From IMG/VR virus record IMGVR_UViG_3300031992_003405: DNA of 64,000 nucleotides. The stretch is one strand, 5' to 3'. Every line of letters starts with the position of its first letter. Within the stretch, counting starts at the first letter, position 1. Made by a program: the position numbers and the translations under genes. Below, one piece after another: positions 44,890-59,800 of the stretch. Source of the stretch: an uncultured virus (IMG/VR IMGVR_UViG_3300031992_003405). Lineage: Duplodnaviria; Heunggongvirae; Uroviricota; Caudoviricetes. Under the pieces are notes generated by a model. It worked only from the letters and a program-made list of their open reading frames with translations. It had not been told where the DNA came from and searched no databases.

Positions 44890-47800
44890 TAGAATAAAAC
44901 CGACAGACACACTCGCTGCGGTCGAAGAAGAATATTGTCCGCGATAAAAATCTTCCTTAGGTTGCCAATAATACCATGTTCCCCAACCTAACTCATATTC
45001 GGCCGAACCAATACGAGTAATACTCGGAATCCTTTTTATAAAAACTATATATTAATAAATTATGTTTATTAAACCGGAAGGATATAATCCATTAGCACAA
45101 TCAGGATCTTTAAAACCAACGCCAAAGTTAGCAAGCCATTTCTTAAGTATACACCATTTATATTCAGTCGAGTACATACCCGGAAATTTTTTACATAATA
45201 CAACAATTAAATAAAATTATTTATTTTTTTAAAAGTTTTTATTGTAAATTAATAAATATAAATCGAGAGTTATTTGTCAGGCTTTACGATAGCCATCACA
45301 TCCATCAAAATCACCATAGTTGCTACAAGCGTAAAATATATATAAATTACTTCCGCCATAATTTTCATACTTAGCATGCGGAGAAATTTATATATGATTT
45401 TGAATAAAGTCGAAGGGATTACTTGCACCAGGATATTCAGGAGCTGCTCCATAACGATACACGCAATAATCAGGAATCCGTGCATCAATGATTGACATAA
45501 CGAAGTGTTCATCATAACCCGCATACGATGATCTTTTAATTAAATATATTTTTAAAATTTAGAAAATATAATTAAATTTTTTAATAAAATTATGGGCATA
45601 CTTAGCAATATTAGAGCTTTCAAAAGAATAAAATTTAGACTGACTTTGTTGCCCAGGTGGATAGGAAAGTTTAAAACAATTTGTCAGTGTATAAATCGGC
45701 TGTGGAGATTTTTATATTAATTATATATAAAATTTAATAAAAAATTAAAGCAAACTACTATATAAAATTGATATATATATTTAGAATAAAATCGCGATTA
45801 TCAAAACTATTAATTGCTTGTCGGCCATATTTATCAACTGTCCACTCCATATCAGAGCTCGTAGCAGATAAAGTTGTCAGAAATAAATTCGGACGTGTTG
45901 TACCAGTCGTCTTAACATACAGAGATCTTTTCTATTAATAAATATTTATATTTATAACGATATAACTAAATTTAATAAATAAAAAACTTATTTAAAAGTA
46001 TCATTATAAAATTTATTTAAAAACTTGAAATAAAACCGCTGAATTTATCTGTGATGTATAATAATCAGATGATTCTATGTGATACTCACGATCGTGATAA
46101 CCATCTCCTAATGTACAATACGTTCTTTGTGATAGGTCTTCGAACTTTACTAGAGATTTTTTCTATTAATATATACTTATATTTATATAATTAGATTTAA
46201 TAAATAAATTGTATTTAATTACATTTAAAAAATAAAAAACTTATTTATTAAAGTATTATTATAAAATTTATTTAAAAATTTAGAATGAAACCGTAAGAAT
46301 AGCGATTCCAGGCATATTCAGGACTCGGAGCACCGCATCTATTCCAATTTCCATCTTGATTATTCCAAATATGCCTGCCGAAGCCCAATATCGATATTAG
46401 TCGACCAAATTGATCAGGATTAGCGGCTTGCGGAGATCTTCTCCACTAATAAATTAAATTAAATGTAATAAGATTAAATATATAAAATTGAAGTAAACTT
46501 CTATACAAGATTAAATATACAAGATTGGAACAAAACCGTAAGATGTCGAACAATAATACCAGGCGATAGCGCCCATTTCACCGTCTGATAGACCAGGACC
46601 AAGTACCAACAGCATTAATTGACTATCTTTCGGATCTCCATGCACCAAACATCTTTCCAGTTAATAAACTAAATATATTTAAATATAATAAAATTATATT
46701 CTAATAAAATTTAAAATAAAATCGTCAGAAGCTGATGCATATTGCCAAAACCATGAGCTATGCCCTCCATAGTAAACGTTGCTTGTATACGGCCATTGAT
46801 CAGCTTCTATAAAACTTATATCATAATTACACCTTTTGTGCAGAGATCTTTCCTGCCAATAAATTAAATATAACTAAAAGTAATAAAATCAAATTCTGAA
46901 AAAATTTAAATATATAAGATTAAAATAAAAACCGTTACTCTGTATAATATCGGCATGTACAGGGATCCCAATCGCGGGTGCCCAATCTGCCGTAGAACTA
47001 GATACTCTTAAACCTGATTCGGCAGGCTGTGTTACGTCATGGTTGGACCACACATTCGGAGATCTTTTCCATTATAAAATTTGAAGCATAACCGTAACTA
47101 AATATAATATAGTCTTTATATGCATATGTAGAACCTGGAATTACTGAATTACCTTGTATAGTTATTAAATTCCAAAATGGAGTCCAATCAACACTACCGA
47201 ATCTCGGAGATCTTTCCTATCAATGAACTAAATATAATAAAATTGAATTCTAATGAAATTAAGTATATAAGATTAAAGTAAACTTCTATATAAAATTAAA
47301 ATATGCAAAATTGAAGTATATAAAATAGAAGTATACAAGATTGGAACAAAACTGTAATTCCGCTTGCCATAATTAACTGGCTGCATATCATTTGTCCAAT
47401 CAGATGTGCCGTGCAAAAAACTGGCTAGCCAGTTTCCATGAGCGTTGTGATCTTGAGATCTTTCCCGCCAATAAATTAAATATATTTAAATGTAATAATA
47501 AAATTCAATTATATAAGATTGAAGTATATAAAATTGAAATAAACTGTTATATAAAATTTAAATATATAAGATTAAAGTAAAACCGAAATTAGCATAAGTT
47601 CATTGATTTTCAGCTAACCAGTTTTTATAAGCATTATCTAAACATACCGTACAATTATATATATTATGATTACTAGATGATTTAGACGGAAAGTTTTTTA
47701 CTAATGAACTAGATATATTAAAATGTAATAATAAAAATGAATTTTACAAAATTTAAGTATGCAAGATTGAAGTAAACTTCTATATAAAATTGAAATAAAA

Positions 47801-50800
47801 TCGTTATCACGATAGGAATACAAACTTCCATATTTCCAAGGCTCTATTATACTAGTTATATATATAAACCAATGTCTATAATTATTGTAAATACCATTAA
47901 TTGGATCATGCATGACCGGAGATCTTTTTCATTAATAGATTGAGTGGATTTAAATATAATGATATAATTTAATTGTACAAAATTTAAATATACAAGACTA
48001 AAATATATAAAATTAAATATACAAAATTGGAATAAACTTCTATATAAGATTGGAATAAAACCGAATACGTGATAAGGCTGTCCGGCAGTATGAACAGTTA
48101 AATCTCCACTGTTATATGGATATTGACGACCTAAATTAGATATACTTTGAAAATGTATTCCCCAAACAGTACCCGGAAATCTTTCTTATCAATGAATTAA
48201 ATATAATTAAATGCAATAGAATTTGGAACAAAACCAAAAAATACCATTATTCTCACGGGCATTATGGTTGCCAGTCCAAGGATGTAAGCTGTAGACTTCC
48301 AGCCTACAAGGTATTCGTACATTCGCATCTGTGTACACATTTGAAGATTTTTCTTACTAATGCTAATATATATTAATATAAAATTAAAAATTTTAATACA
48401 ATATAAATATATAAGATTTAAATATATAAGATTAAAATATACAAGATTATAACAAAACCGAGACTAGTGAAAATAGGATAATATTCAGGATATGTTGTCT
48501 GAGTCCAAACATAATTCGTCTTACTAGTACCATCATATATATTCTGAAAAGTAAATATTGTACCATACCAGTCTTCATATTTCGTACGTAGAGATTTTTC
48601 TTACAAAATGTTAATATATATTAAGATAAAATTAAAAAATTTTAATATAATTTAAATATACAAAATTTAAGTATACAAGATTGAAGTAGACTTCTATATA
48701 AAATTGGAACAAAACTGGTAGAAGTAAAGCAAGACGTAGCACCAGGATCTTCATAACCGTATCCCATAGCAGAACCCCATCGCTTTAAAAAGCACCAGTC
48801 AGTATATATGTCTAATCCCTGATCCCATAGTTTAGGTACTAACGGAAATTGTTTCATTAATAAATTAAATATAACTAAATGCAATAAAATTAAATTCTAC
48901 AAAATTTTAATATATAAGATTAAAGTATACAAGATTAGAATAAACTCCTATATAAAATTTAAATATACAAGATTAGAACAAAACCGTGTACAGTTGCCGC
49001 GTATTCAAAATCAGTCCATCCTTCAACAGTGCCTTCATCGCGATTCGCGGGTATAAAATGATAATACCATTTCGAGGTCGACACCCAATACGGCTTTAAC
49101 GGAGATCTTTCTCATTAATAAATTAAATATATTTGAATGTAATAAAATTGAAATATACAAGATTAAAGTATACAAAATTGGAACAAAACCGAAAGATAAC
49201 GATACTAGGTAATGCGCGTACGCATATCCTGCCGACACTTCACTATTATACGCATCGGTACCATATACTTTGCAAAACTGTATGGTATAGCCAACGTTCT
49301 TAACTGTCATCAGAGATTTTTCTTACCAATAAACTAAATATATTTAAATATAATAAAATTAAGTTTTAATAAAATTTAAATATACAAGATTAAAGTATAT
49401 AAAATTGAAACAAAGCCGCAATACAATGCATCTGTTGCATAACATGTGGCGCCATGAAAGTTGTAAGAATAATCCATATTGAATGATGCAACAATACACC
49501 AGGTACAATGATTGTTCGTTGCATGTGGATTATAATTTTGAACCGGAGATCTTTCCCACCAATGAACTAGATATATTTAAATATAATAATAAAATTTAAT
49601 TCTAAAAAATTTAAGTATATAAGAACGAAATATATAAGATTGAAATAAATTGCTATATAAAATTTGGAACAAAACCGAATGAATAATAAGAATAATCAGA
49701 ACACGAACGAGTGAATAATTTAAGATGAAACATCATATATTCAGATGTGTGACCGCCTTCTTTGCTCGGAGATCTTTCCTACCAATAAATTAAATATAAC
49801 TAAAGGTAATAAAATTAAATTTTAATAAAATTTAAATATATAAAATTTAAATATACAAGATGAAAGTAAATTTTTATATAAATTTGGAACAAAACCGAGA
49901 TTATAACGACCTAATTGCACAGGATAAGTATACGAAAACTCAGCATAATATACCATATAGTGGCCGTCATTCCATTCCGGATCCCAGACTTGATTCAATA
50001 TCCACCCGTCTCGTCCTTCTACCACCCCTTCGCCATGCTGGCTCACGCTCGGAGATCTTTCTCACCAATAAACTAGATATAACTGAATACAATAAAATTT
50101 AAATATATAAAATTGAAGCAAGCTTCTAATAAAATTTGGAACAAAACTGTTATCCCAATATACATAATTAGAGCAAGTCTCATTGCCAACGCGAAAATCG
50201 TACGGTACTAAATAGCATACCGTACTATGATCGCCTTGGTGGCTTGGAGATTTTTCTTGCCAATGAATTAAATACAATTAAATGTAATAAAATTGAATTC
50301 TATAAAATTTAAATATACAAGATTGAAACAAACTTTTATATAAAATTGGAACAAAACCGCTATTACAATCAGTTTGTGTTGCTTGCGTCAAACGATCAGC
50401 ATAATCAGTTGTGTTAAACAAATGCCCATCATCTGGCACACTCATAAAATTATATACATCGCCTTGATACCAATGCTCATACTGTGTATACGGAAATTTT
50501 TCTTACCAATGAATTAAATATAATAAAATTGAATTCTAATAAAATTTAGAACAAAACCGTTAGATTGTTTCACATCCCACGAGTTTTCTGGAAACCAAAT
50601 ATGATTAATACTGTTTGTGCCTAACGACTCGATGCACAGAAATTGCGTTGCCTTTGCTGTATGCGGAGATTTTTCTCATCAATAAATTAAATATAACTAA
50701 ATGTAATAAATTGAATTCTAATAAAATTTAAATGTATAAGATTAAAGTATATAAAATTGAAGTAAACTTCTATATAAAATCGAAACAAAACTGATTGTAA

Positions 50801-53800
50801 TACTTACTGGATATCTATCAGATTCTACCAATATGTTTTTGTTTAAAATTGGGTATGGACCAAATTGCCCAATCATACATGCATCTTGCCCTTCGCCAAC
50901 AGCCGGAAATCTTTTCCATTAATAAATTGAGTAAATTTAAATATAATAATAATACAATTTAATTATATAAAATTTAAATATATAAAATTAAAGTAAACCT
51001 CTATATAAAATTAAATATACAAGATTGGAACAAAACCGATATTATCAATGGGATAGCTAGTATGACCGACAACGTCGCTAACATTACCATTCGATATATC
51101 CCTCCAATGAAAATATCCAACCGAGAGAAACCATACTTCAGCAGTAGATTTATTCGGAGATCTTTTCCATTAATAAACTAAATATATTTAAATATAATAA
51201 AATTCAATTTTAAAAAATTTAAATATATAAAATGGAAATATATAAAATTGAAGTAAACTTCTAATAAAATTTGGAACAAAACCGAGTTTCGTAAGGACAC
51301 ACCCGCCACCCGAAAGTATCGCTTCCTCAAATGTACTTAGGTCAACCATACAAGTGACATTATACACGTGCACACCATTTCCAACATACACCTTAACTTG
51401 AGCTGGAGATTTTTCCCATCAATGAAATATAACTAAATACAATAAAATTGAATTTAGAAAATTTAAATATACAAGATAAAAGTATATAAAATGGAAGTAT
51501 ACAAGATTGAAGTAAACTTCTATATAAAATTAAATATACTAGATCGGAACAAAACCGTAAGAATGAGTGCATCCTTTAACTTGCCCTGGATGAAAAGCTT
51601 GGTGCCAGGCATTGCCAGTGTCTCCTATCTCAATATAATAATGTTCAATATAGTTTTGGTACCAATTATATACCGGAGATTTTTTCCATTAATGAACTAG
51701 ATATATTTAAATGTAATAATAAAATTAAATTCTAATGAAATTTAAATATACAAAATTAAAGTATGCAAGATTAAAGTGAACTTCTATACAAGATTGAAAC
51801 AAAACCATCTGTGTCATAACACAGTATAGAAGAGGCATAATCAAAACGAGGAGATGCATTATTATGTTGATGTCCTACATTAGTAACTACGTTTTCCGTA
51901 AACCGACGAGACGCATCTGCACCCGGAGATCTTTTCTACTAATAAATTGAATATATTTAAATATAATGATAAAATTTTAATAAAATATAAATATACAAAA
52001 TTTAAGTATATAAAATTGACATATACAAGATTGAAGTAAACTTCTATGCAAGATTAAATATACGAGATTAGAACAAAGCCGATAGATTTACGAGGTACTG
52101 TATAAGTCCAGCCATTCGTACCATATTCAGATAGTTTATGTTCTAAATCATATGTCATAGGCCAACAGTCACTAATATATCCTCCCCAAACAGGTTCATA
52201 ATAATTAAGTTGATGATTCTTATACGGAGATCTTTATATAAAGAATTCTTTGTAAAAGTATTGATATAAAAAATTATTGATATAAAAAATTATTGATATA
52301 AAAAATTATTCAGATTAATATAAAATCGAGTGAAAAGACAGCAGGATCAAGCATCCTGTTGAACCAGTTATCATCTAAGCCATAGCTGGCGTATAAATAA
52401 CATTTATCTTTTTCCGCATATGCACTTGCTCGATTCGGAGATTTTTATAAAAAAAACTAAACCCGAAAGAATATTGACATTCTTTCGCACTCGATACTGA
52501 CCAAACGCCGTCTTTTCCTAGCATTAAATTACATTGTGGATCCCAAGATGCATTTGCATGGGACGGATATCTTTCCCATCAATAAATTAGATATATTTAA
52601 AATTGAGCATTAAATTTCTTTGGAACAAAACCGGCATTACCAAAAGCTCCATGATTCCATGAATGTCTGTTATCACAGGCATAAGTTGCAGACGATGTTA
52701 TTCCCTCAAATGCCGTCCGATTAACATCTGTATAATACCAGCCGAGAACTGGAGATTTTTTCTGTTAATAAATTAAGTATAACTAAATACAATAAAATTA
52801 AATTCTAATAGAATTTAAATATACAAGATTAAAGTACACTTCTATATAAAATTAAATATATAAGATTAGAGTAAACTTCTATATAAGATTGAAATAAAAC
52901 TGTGAGATTCACTTGCAATAGTGAAATCGGGATCAAGAAAATAACTACCTTTAACATACTGATATTTTTTCAAGAATCCAAATACATATAATTTATCATA
53001 TGCTGATGTTTCTATTATTGCTGGATATCTTTCCTATCAATAAATTAAATATAACCAAATGTAATAAAATTTAAATATACAAAATTAAAGTATATAAAAT
53101 TGAAATAAAGCAACATCCTTTATTTTTCCATAATTGAGTTCGCATGTTGTCCACTGAATCTCCTCTGTCATCTACGCTGCAAAACTCAGTTAACACAATC
53201 TGCTGTCCTAGATTATTGCGTTTGCTGTGTGAAAATCTTTCTCATTAATAAATTAAATATATTTAAATATAATAATAAAATTTAATTATACAAAATTAAA
53301 GTATACAAGATTGGAATAAAATCGACGGAAAGATTAACATAATGGCTCACAGCATCGTATATGTCACGTGCAGAATCTAAACAATTCAAAAAACTGACGT
53401 CTGAATGTCCAACATGCTGTAATTTACTCGAAGATCTTTTTCACCAATAAACTAGGTATAACTAAATAACAATAAAATTCAATTATATAAGATTGAAGTA
53501 TATAAGATTAAAATAAACTGTTATACAAAATTTAAATATACAATATTGGAGTAAAACCGAGAGTCATCGCCTCCTTGTGCACACCAAAAGCAAAATCAAT
53601 ACAATTGCGTCCATCTGTAACTATCCAGTCAAATATTACCAGTGCGGCTTCCCCATTCTTATACGGAGATCTTTCCCGCTAATAAATTGAATATAACTAA
53701 ATATAATAGAATTTTATTAAAATTTAAATATACAAAATTTAAGTATATAAGATTGGAGTAAGCTCCTATACAAGATTAAATATACGAGATTGGAACAAAA

Positions 53801-56800
53801 CCGTAAACTTTGTCAGTACACAACAGGGATCTAAACTGACTACCGCGCTCAGAGATCACACAGTATGTATTCTTACCATCGTAAGTTTCGTCAACCGTGG
53901 CAAGGAGGCCCGGAAATCTTTCACACCAATAAATTAAATATAACTAAATGTAATAAAATTGAATTCTAATAAAGTTAAAGTATGCAATATTGGAACAAAA
54001 CCATAATGAACATACGCCCAGTTATAACTAGTAAATCTTCAGTCAAACGCAAAAACAAATGGAACAAAACCGTCATTATATGTTACATCTTCCCAAATAG
54101 ATTCCGTATCGTAATCATAACTACTCTCATATTGCCAGTCAACACCGGCATCTCCAACCACTGTCCATGTATACCTTCTGTGTGTTAACCAATACTCAGT
54201 ACCTGAAGATATTTCTCGCTAATAAATTAAATATAATTAAATGCAATAATAAAATTAAGTATTAAGTTTCTTTAGAATAAAACTAACTTCCATAGCAAAC
54301 TCAACACCAATGTATGCATTACTGTGTGCTTCCGTATCACTAAACAAAACACCAGTCTAAGGCGCAGTTGTGTCATTTTTAGTCGAAATATGTACTAGAG
54401 ATCTTTCTTATCAATAAATTAGATATATTTAAATGTAATAATAAAATTTAATTCTAAAAAATTTAAATATACAAAATTAAAGTATACAAGATTGAAATAA
54501 ATTTCTATATAAGATTAGAATAAAATTGTTGAAATCACTTGTAAAGGCATATCCAGGTATGCCAGGAATAGAAACATTAGCCGAAGGATCTTGTACGATA
54601 CAAAAAATATTATTTCTATATCGTGAAAATTTATCTATCTTTAACAGAAATCGTTATCGCTAATAAATATTTATATTTATAAAGATACAATTAAATTTAA
54701 TAAATAAATTATATTTAATGATTTTTAATATATTTAAAAAACAAAAAATTTATTTAAGAATTTGGAACAAAACCGACAGTCTCTGCACTAGCTTTGTAGA
54801 ACCAGCCATCGTGTCCATAATCTCCAATATTAGTATATACACAGGTAAATTGTTCGCTAAGTCTCAATCCATTTAAAGGCTCTAAGTAACCTATATTCCA
54901 GTTCCTATATAGAGATTTTTTCTCATAATGAACAAAATGCAATAAAATTGAATTATAATAAAATTTAAGTATACAATATTGGAACAAAACCGACAGAACC
55001 GGCTGCAACATAATTCTCAGATTGTATAGGAAATAAAGAAGGAAATGTGTTTCTCGTTCCTAGAAAAGTAAAACAAATTGTTGCATACTCATAGTTAATT
55101 GTCAGAAATCTTTTCTACCAATAAATATTTATAAAGATATAATTAGATTTAATAAATAAATTATATTTAATCATTTTTAATAATATTTATTATTTTACAA
55201 AATTTGGAACAAAACCGAGAGAATGATGACACCACGAACATGCACGATTACCGAAACGATCACTAGCGAATGATATTAATTCAAATCTATTTGCTGTCTC
55301 TAGACTCGGAGATCTTTCCCATTAATAAATGAAATATATTTAAATACAATAAAATTGAATTCTAATAAAATTTAAATATACAAAATTAAATATACAAGAT
55401 TGACGTATACAAGATTGGAACAAAACTGTGATTATGATAAGTCCAAGCATTACCACAACTACCGAGCGGGTTACCATCACCCCCACCGCATACGTAAATA
55501 TACCTCTCTTTGGCCCAGCCGCTGGTTGCAGATTTTCCCGGAAATCTTTCTTATTAATAGATTGAGTAGATTTAAATATAATGATACAAAATTAAAATAT
55601 ACAAGATTAAAATATACAAGATCGGAACAAAACCGAAACTAGCAGACATTGCCATTATTGATGACACTCGATCTGCATTGAACATGATTCCCTCAAAGTC
55701 GACATTATAGCTCATCTTATATCCTAAATTCGCATTGTACATCGACTGGCTCTTGCTCGGAGATTTTTCCTACCAATGAATTAAAATATATTTAAATGTA
55801 ATGATAAAATTGAGTGCTAAGTTTTTTTAGAATAAAATCGTGAGAATAAGACGCCTCATAAGAATCCCAGGGAGAATCTTCTGCATCAGCAGCAGCCTTG
55901 CCTCTACGTCCTAGGCAAATACCTTGAGTACGTTTCTCTACTTCCAGAGATCTTTCCCACCAATGAATTAGATATATTTTAATATAATAATAAAATTTAA
56001 TTATATAAGATTAAAGTATACACGATTGAAGTAAACTTCTAATAGAATTTAAATATACAAAATTGAAATAGAACCGTCACTAAAATAAAAATGCTCAGTA
56101 CTCGCAGTAGTATCATAATCATATGACGGATCGTATGTCCATCTCGGACCAGCATCGCCCACACTAGTACATTGGTCTATAGTCCGTGCATTTAGAGATC
56201 TTTCTTGTCAATAAATTAGATATATTTAAATACAATAAAATTAAATTTTAATAAAATTTAAATATACAAGATTGGAACAACAAAACCACTACTGCAATGG
56301 GGATGAAAACTTCCATATTCCCAAGATTCTGTCATACTAGTTATATAGATAAAAAAATGCTTAAAATTATTATAAATACCATTAATTGGATCACGTATAA
56401 CCAGAAATCTTTTCTATTAAAAGATTAAGTGACTTTAAATATAATGATACAAAATTTAAATATACAAGATTGAAGTAAACTTCTAATAAAATTTGGAAAA
56501 AAATGGTATTATCATCATTATCACAATGGCCTGAGTTGCCTGACCAAGGAGGTAAACCAATAACTTGCAGCCTTTTAGGTAGTCGTACATTCACATTAAC
56601 GTATGGGCTTGGAGATCTTTTTGACTAATATTAATATAAAATTAAAAAGTTTTAATAAAATATAAATATATAAAATTTAAGTATACAAGATTGAAATAAA
56701 TTACTATATAAAATTAAATATACAAAATTTGGAACAAAACCGCAACAATAATGTGCCCTCACACACCCAGGTAAACAAAATGGATATTCAAAGGAAGGTG

Positions 56801-59800
56801 CTTGTCGCGTCATTACACACCAGTCTTCATAACTGCTGTAGCCCTGATCATATCTTATTGGAACACGCGGAGATCTTTCCCACCAATGAACTAGATATAT
56901 TTAAATATAATATAATGAAATTAAATTCTAAAAAAATTTAAATATACAAAATTGAAGTAAACTCCTATATAAAATATAAATATATAAAATTGGAACAAAA
57001 CCGACATCTCTCCATACATCACACAAATGTCCCCATGTATCTTTTGGCCATTTCGTGCTACCATAATCCAAGATACCATCTTCTAACACAAACATAATTG
57101 TAGTGTCGTACTTAGGAGTCGGAGATCTTTCCCACTAATGAACTAAATATAATTAAATAACAATAAAATTGAATTATATAAGATTAAATATATAAAATTT
57201 AAGTATACAAAATTGTGAACAAAATTGAGACTAATATATGCATAATTCATGTGCGAAGCGACGGGAAATTTAGAAGGCCATACGCCAACTTCTCCTAGCA
57301 TTAAAAACGTAATATCTCCCGAGCTAAATGTAGGGCATGGAGATCTTTTTCATTAATAAACTAAATATATTTAAACATAATAATAGAATTCAATTCTAAA
57401 AAAAATTGAAACAAAATCGAAAGAAAAAATTGCGAAATCACCACAACTTGACTCAGCGAAAACCTCATACCTGTGCGCCTCACACAAATAATTTTTATAC
57501 TGATCACCGCTATTAACTCCCCGATTTCCATCATATCTTGTCGGAAATCTTTTTTTACCAATAAATTAGATATATTAAAATGTAATAATAAAATTCAATT
57601 CTAATATAATCGAAATATACAAAATTAGAATATATAGAATTGAAGTAAATTTCTATATAAGATTAAGTATACGAGATTGAAGTAAACTTCTAATAAAATT
57701 TGGAACAAAACCGAGACTATGCAATTTATGATCTATGTGATAGATCCACTTGACTTCGCCAGAAAATTCTTGATTACCAGTCAAGCCAAATTGTCCAATG
57801 TTAGAATCAGAGTGCGTGTGATTCGGAGATCTTTCCTAATAATGAACTAAATATAACTAAAGATAATAAAATTAAATTTTATTAAAATTTAAATATACAA
57901 GATTTAAGTATATAAGATAGGAACAAAACCATGGACCATCGAACACCAGTTCCCTCCTTCCATAAAATTTACCTGAAAATCGACATAGCTCGCATTCGGA
58001 GGTATTGAATACCCGGAAAGCTTATACGAAAATCTTTCCTACTAATAAATTAAATATAACTAAATGTAATAAAATTTGGAATAAAACTGTGAATTTTATG
58101 ACAACGCCAGTTACTATGTTCGTCTCCAGGAAAGCGGTTCTCAATATACGTACCAACGACGTATAAATACTGCATCGGAAACGACGCATCTAATTCTCCA
58201 GCTATTAGAAATCTTTTTTATTAATAAATCTAGCATATTTAAATACAATTTTATTATTATATTTAAAATCTTTTTTAGAACAAAAACGATAGCAACAAAA
58301 GTATGTATACAGTCGCGCAGCCCAGGCTTATTGCTTTTACCTTGTGTAATGGCATATTAACCTTCGTAAAGCGAGGAGATTTGCAAAAATTTTTCCTACT
58401 AATATTAATATATATTAAGATAAAATTAACAAATATTTAATAAAATATAAATATACAAAATTTGGAATAAAACCGCTTGGCCTATCAGCATACAATGAGC
58501 TTGCGTTAGTCCAACCGCCGTACTCCCACGGGTGCAAAAAACATGGTTTATTATGTGACTGACTCTCTTTACTCGGAGATCTTTCTCATCAATGAACTAA
58601 ATATAACTAAAGATAATAAAATTTAAATATATAAAATTTGGAACAAAACCATAAACATCGATGGTATCAATTGCAGTCGCAAAATAACGCCCTGTAGTAC
58701 CACGATTACTTGAGTAAGTAAAACGCTTATAAGGTTGCATATCTAAAGAGTCATTTGCGACATCTGGATATACGCCCAGAGATCTTTCCTTCATCAATAA
58801 ATTAAATATAACTAAATATAACGAAATACAATGAAATTGAATTTTAAAAATTTAAATATACAATATTGAAATAAACTTCTATACAAGATTAAATATACTA
58901 GATTGCAATATGCAAGATTGGAACAAAACCGCTTTTCCAACCCGCAGGGCCATACGGATAACTACAATACAGGTTCACGGCAACGTCAATCTTTCCATCG
59001 TTCCTCGTCGCACCTACAACGAAATCAAAACCTATGTCACTCGCCCCGAATTCAGCGACCCAAGCCTTCGTCGGCGATTTTTTTCATCAATGAATTAAAT
59101 ATATTTAAATGAATTTTAATAAAATTTAGACTATAACCCTCAACACAAGATGCATAAATGTTAATAGCCCTAGCGAAATCGTTGTAAGAACTGTATCCTA
59201 CTTCGCAAAATCTTAGACTTGTATCAGCTTTAGATACGTCGACTAATGTTTTCGGAGATCTTTTTTTACCAATAAAATATAATTAAATACAATAAAATTC
59301 AATTTTAAAAATTTAAATATACAAGATTGAAATAAAACCGTGACATTGATAGCATGCGCCCCCAACGCTAATTCCACGCTCATAATTCGAACTTAAGCCT
59401 CCACCACCGTAATAATACACAAGCAACCACCACATATCTTGCCCGGAACTACCAAGTTCCGGAGAGCTTTTTCACCAATAAACTAGATATAACTAAAGAT
59501 AATAAAATTTAGAATAAAACTGAGAATATGACTACATACCTTATACTGTCCGGGACGATAATCTCCTTCCCACGCATTGCCACTATTTGCGATTGGGATA
59601 TACATGGTGCCTCGAATATTGTCACCATAATTACAGTCCGGAAATTTTTTACATCAATAAAATATAATTAAATACAATAAAATTAAATTTTAAAAAATTT
59701 TAATATACAAAATTAGAACAAAATCGACGCCATTATCGGTCCAATTACTCACGGCGTCGAAGATGTCACATGCTGAATCTTAACATATAAGACCACTGAC

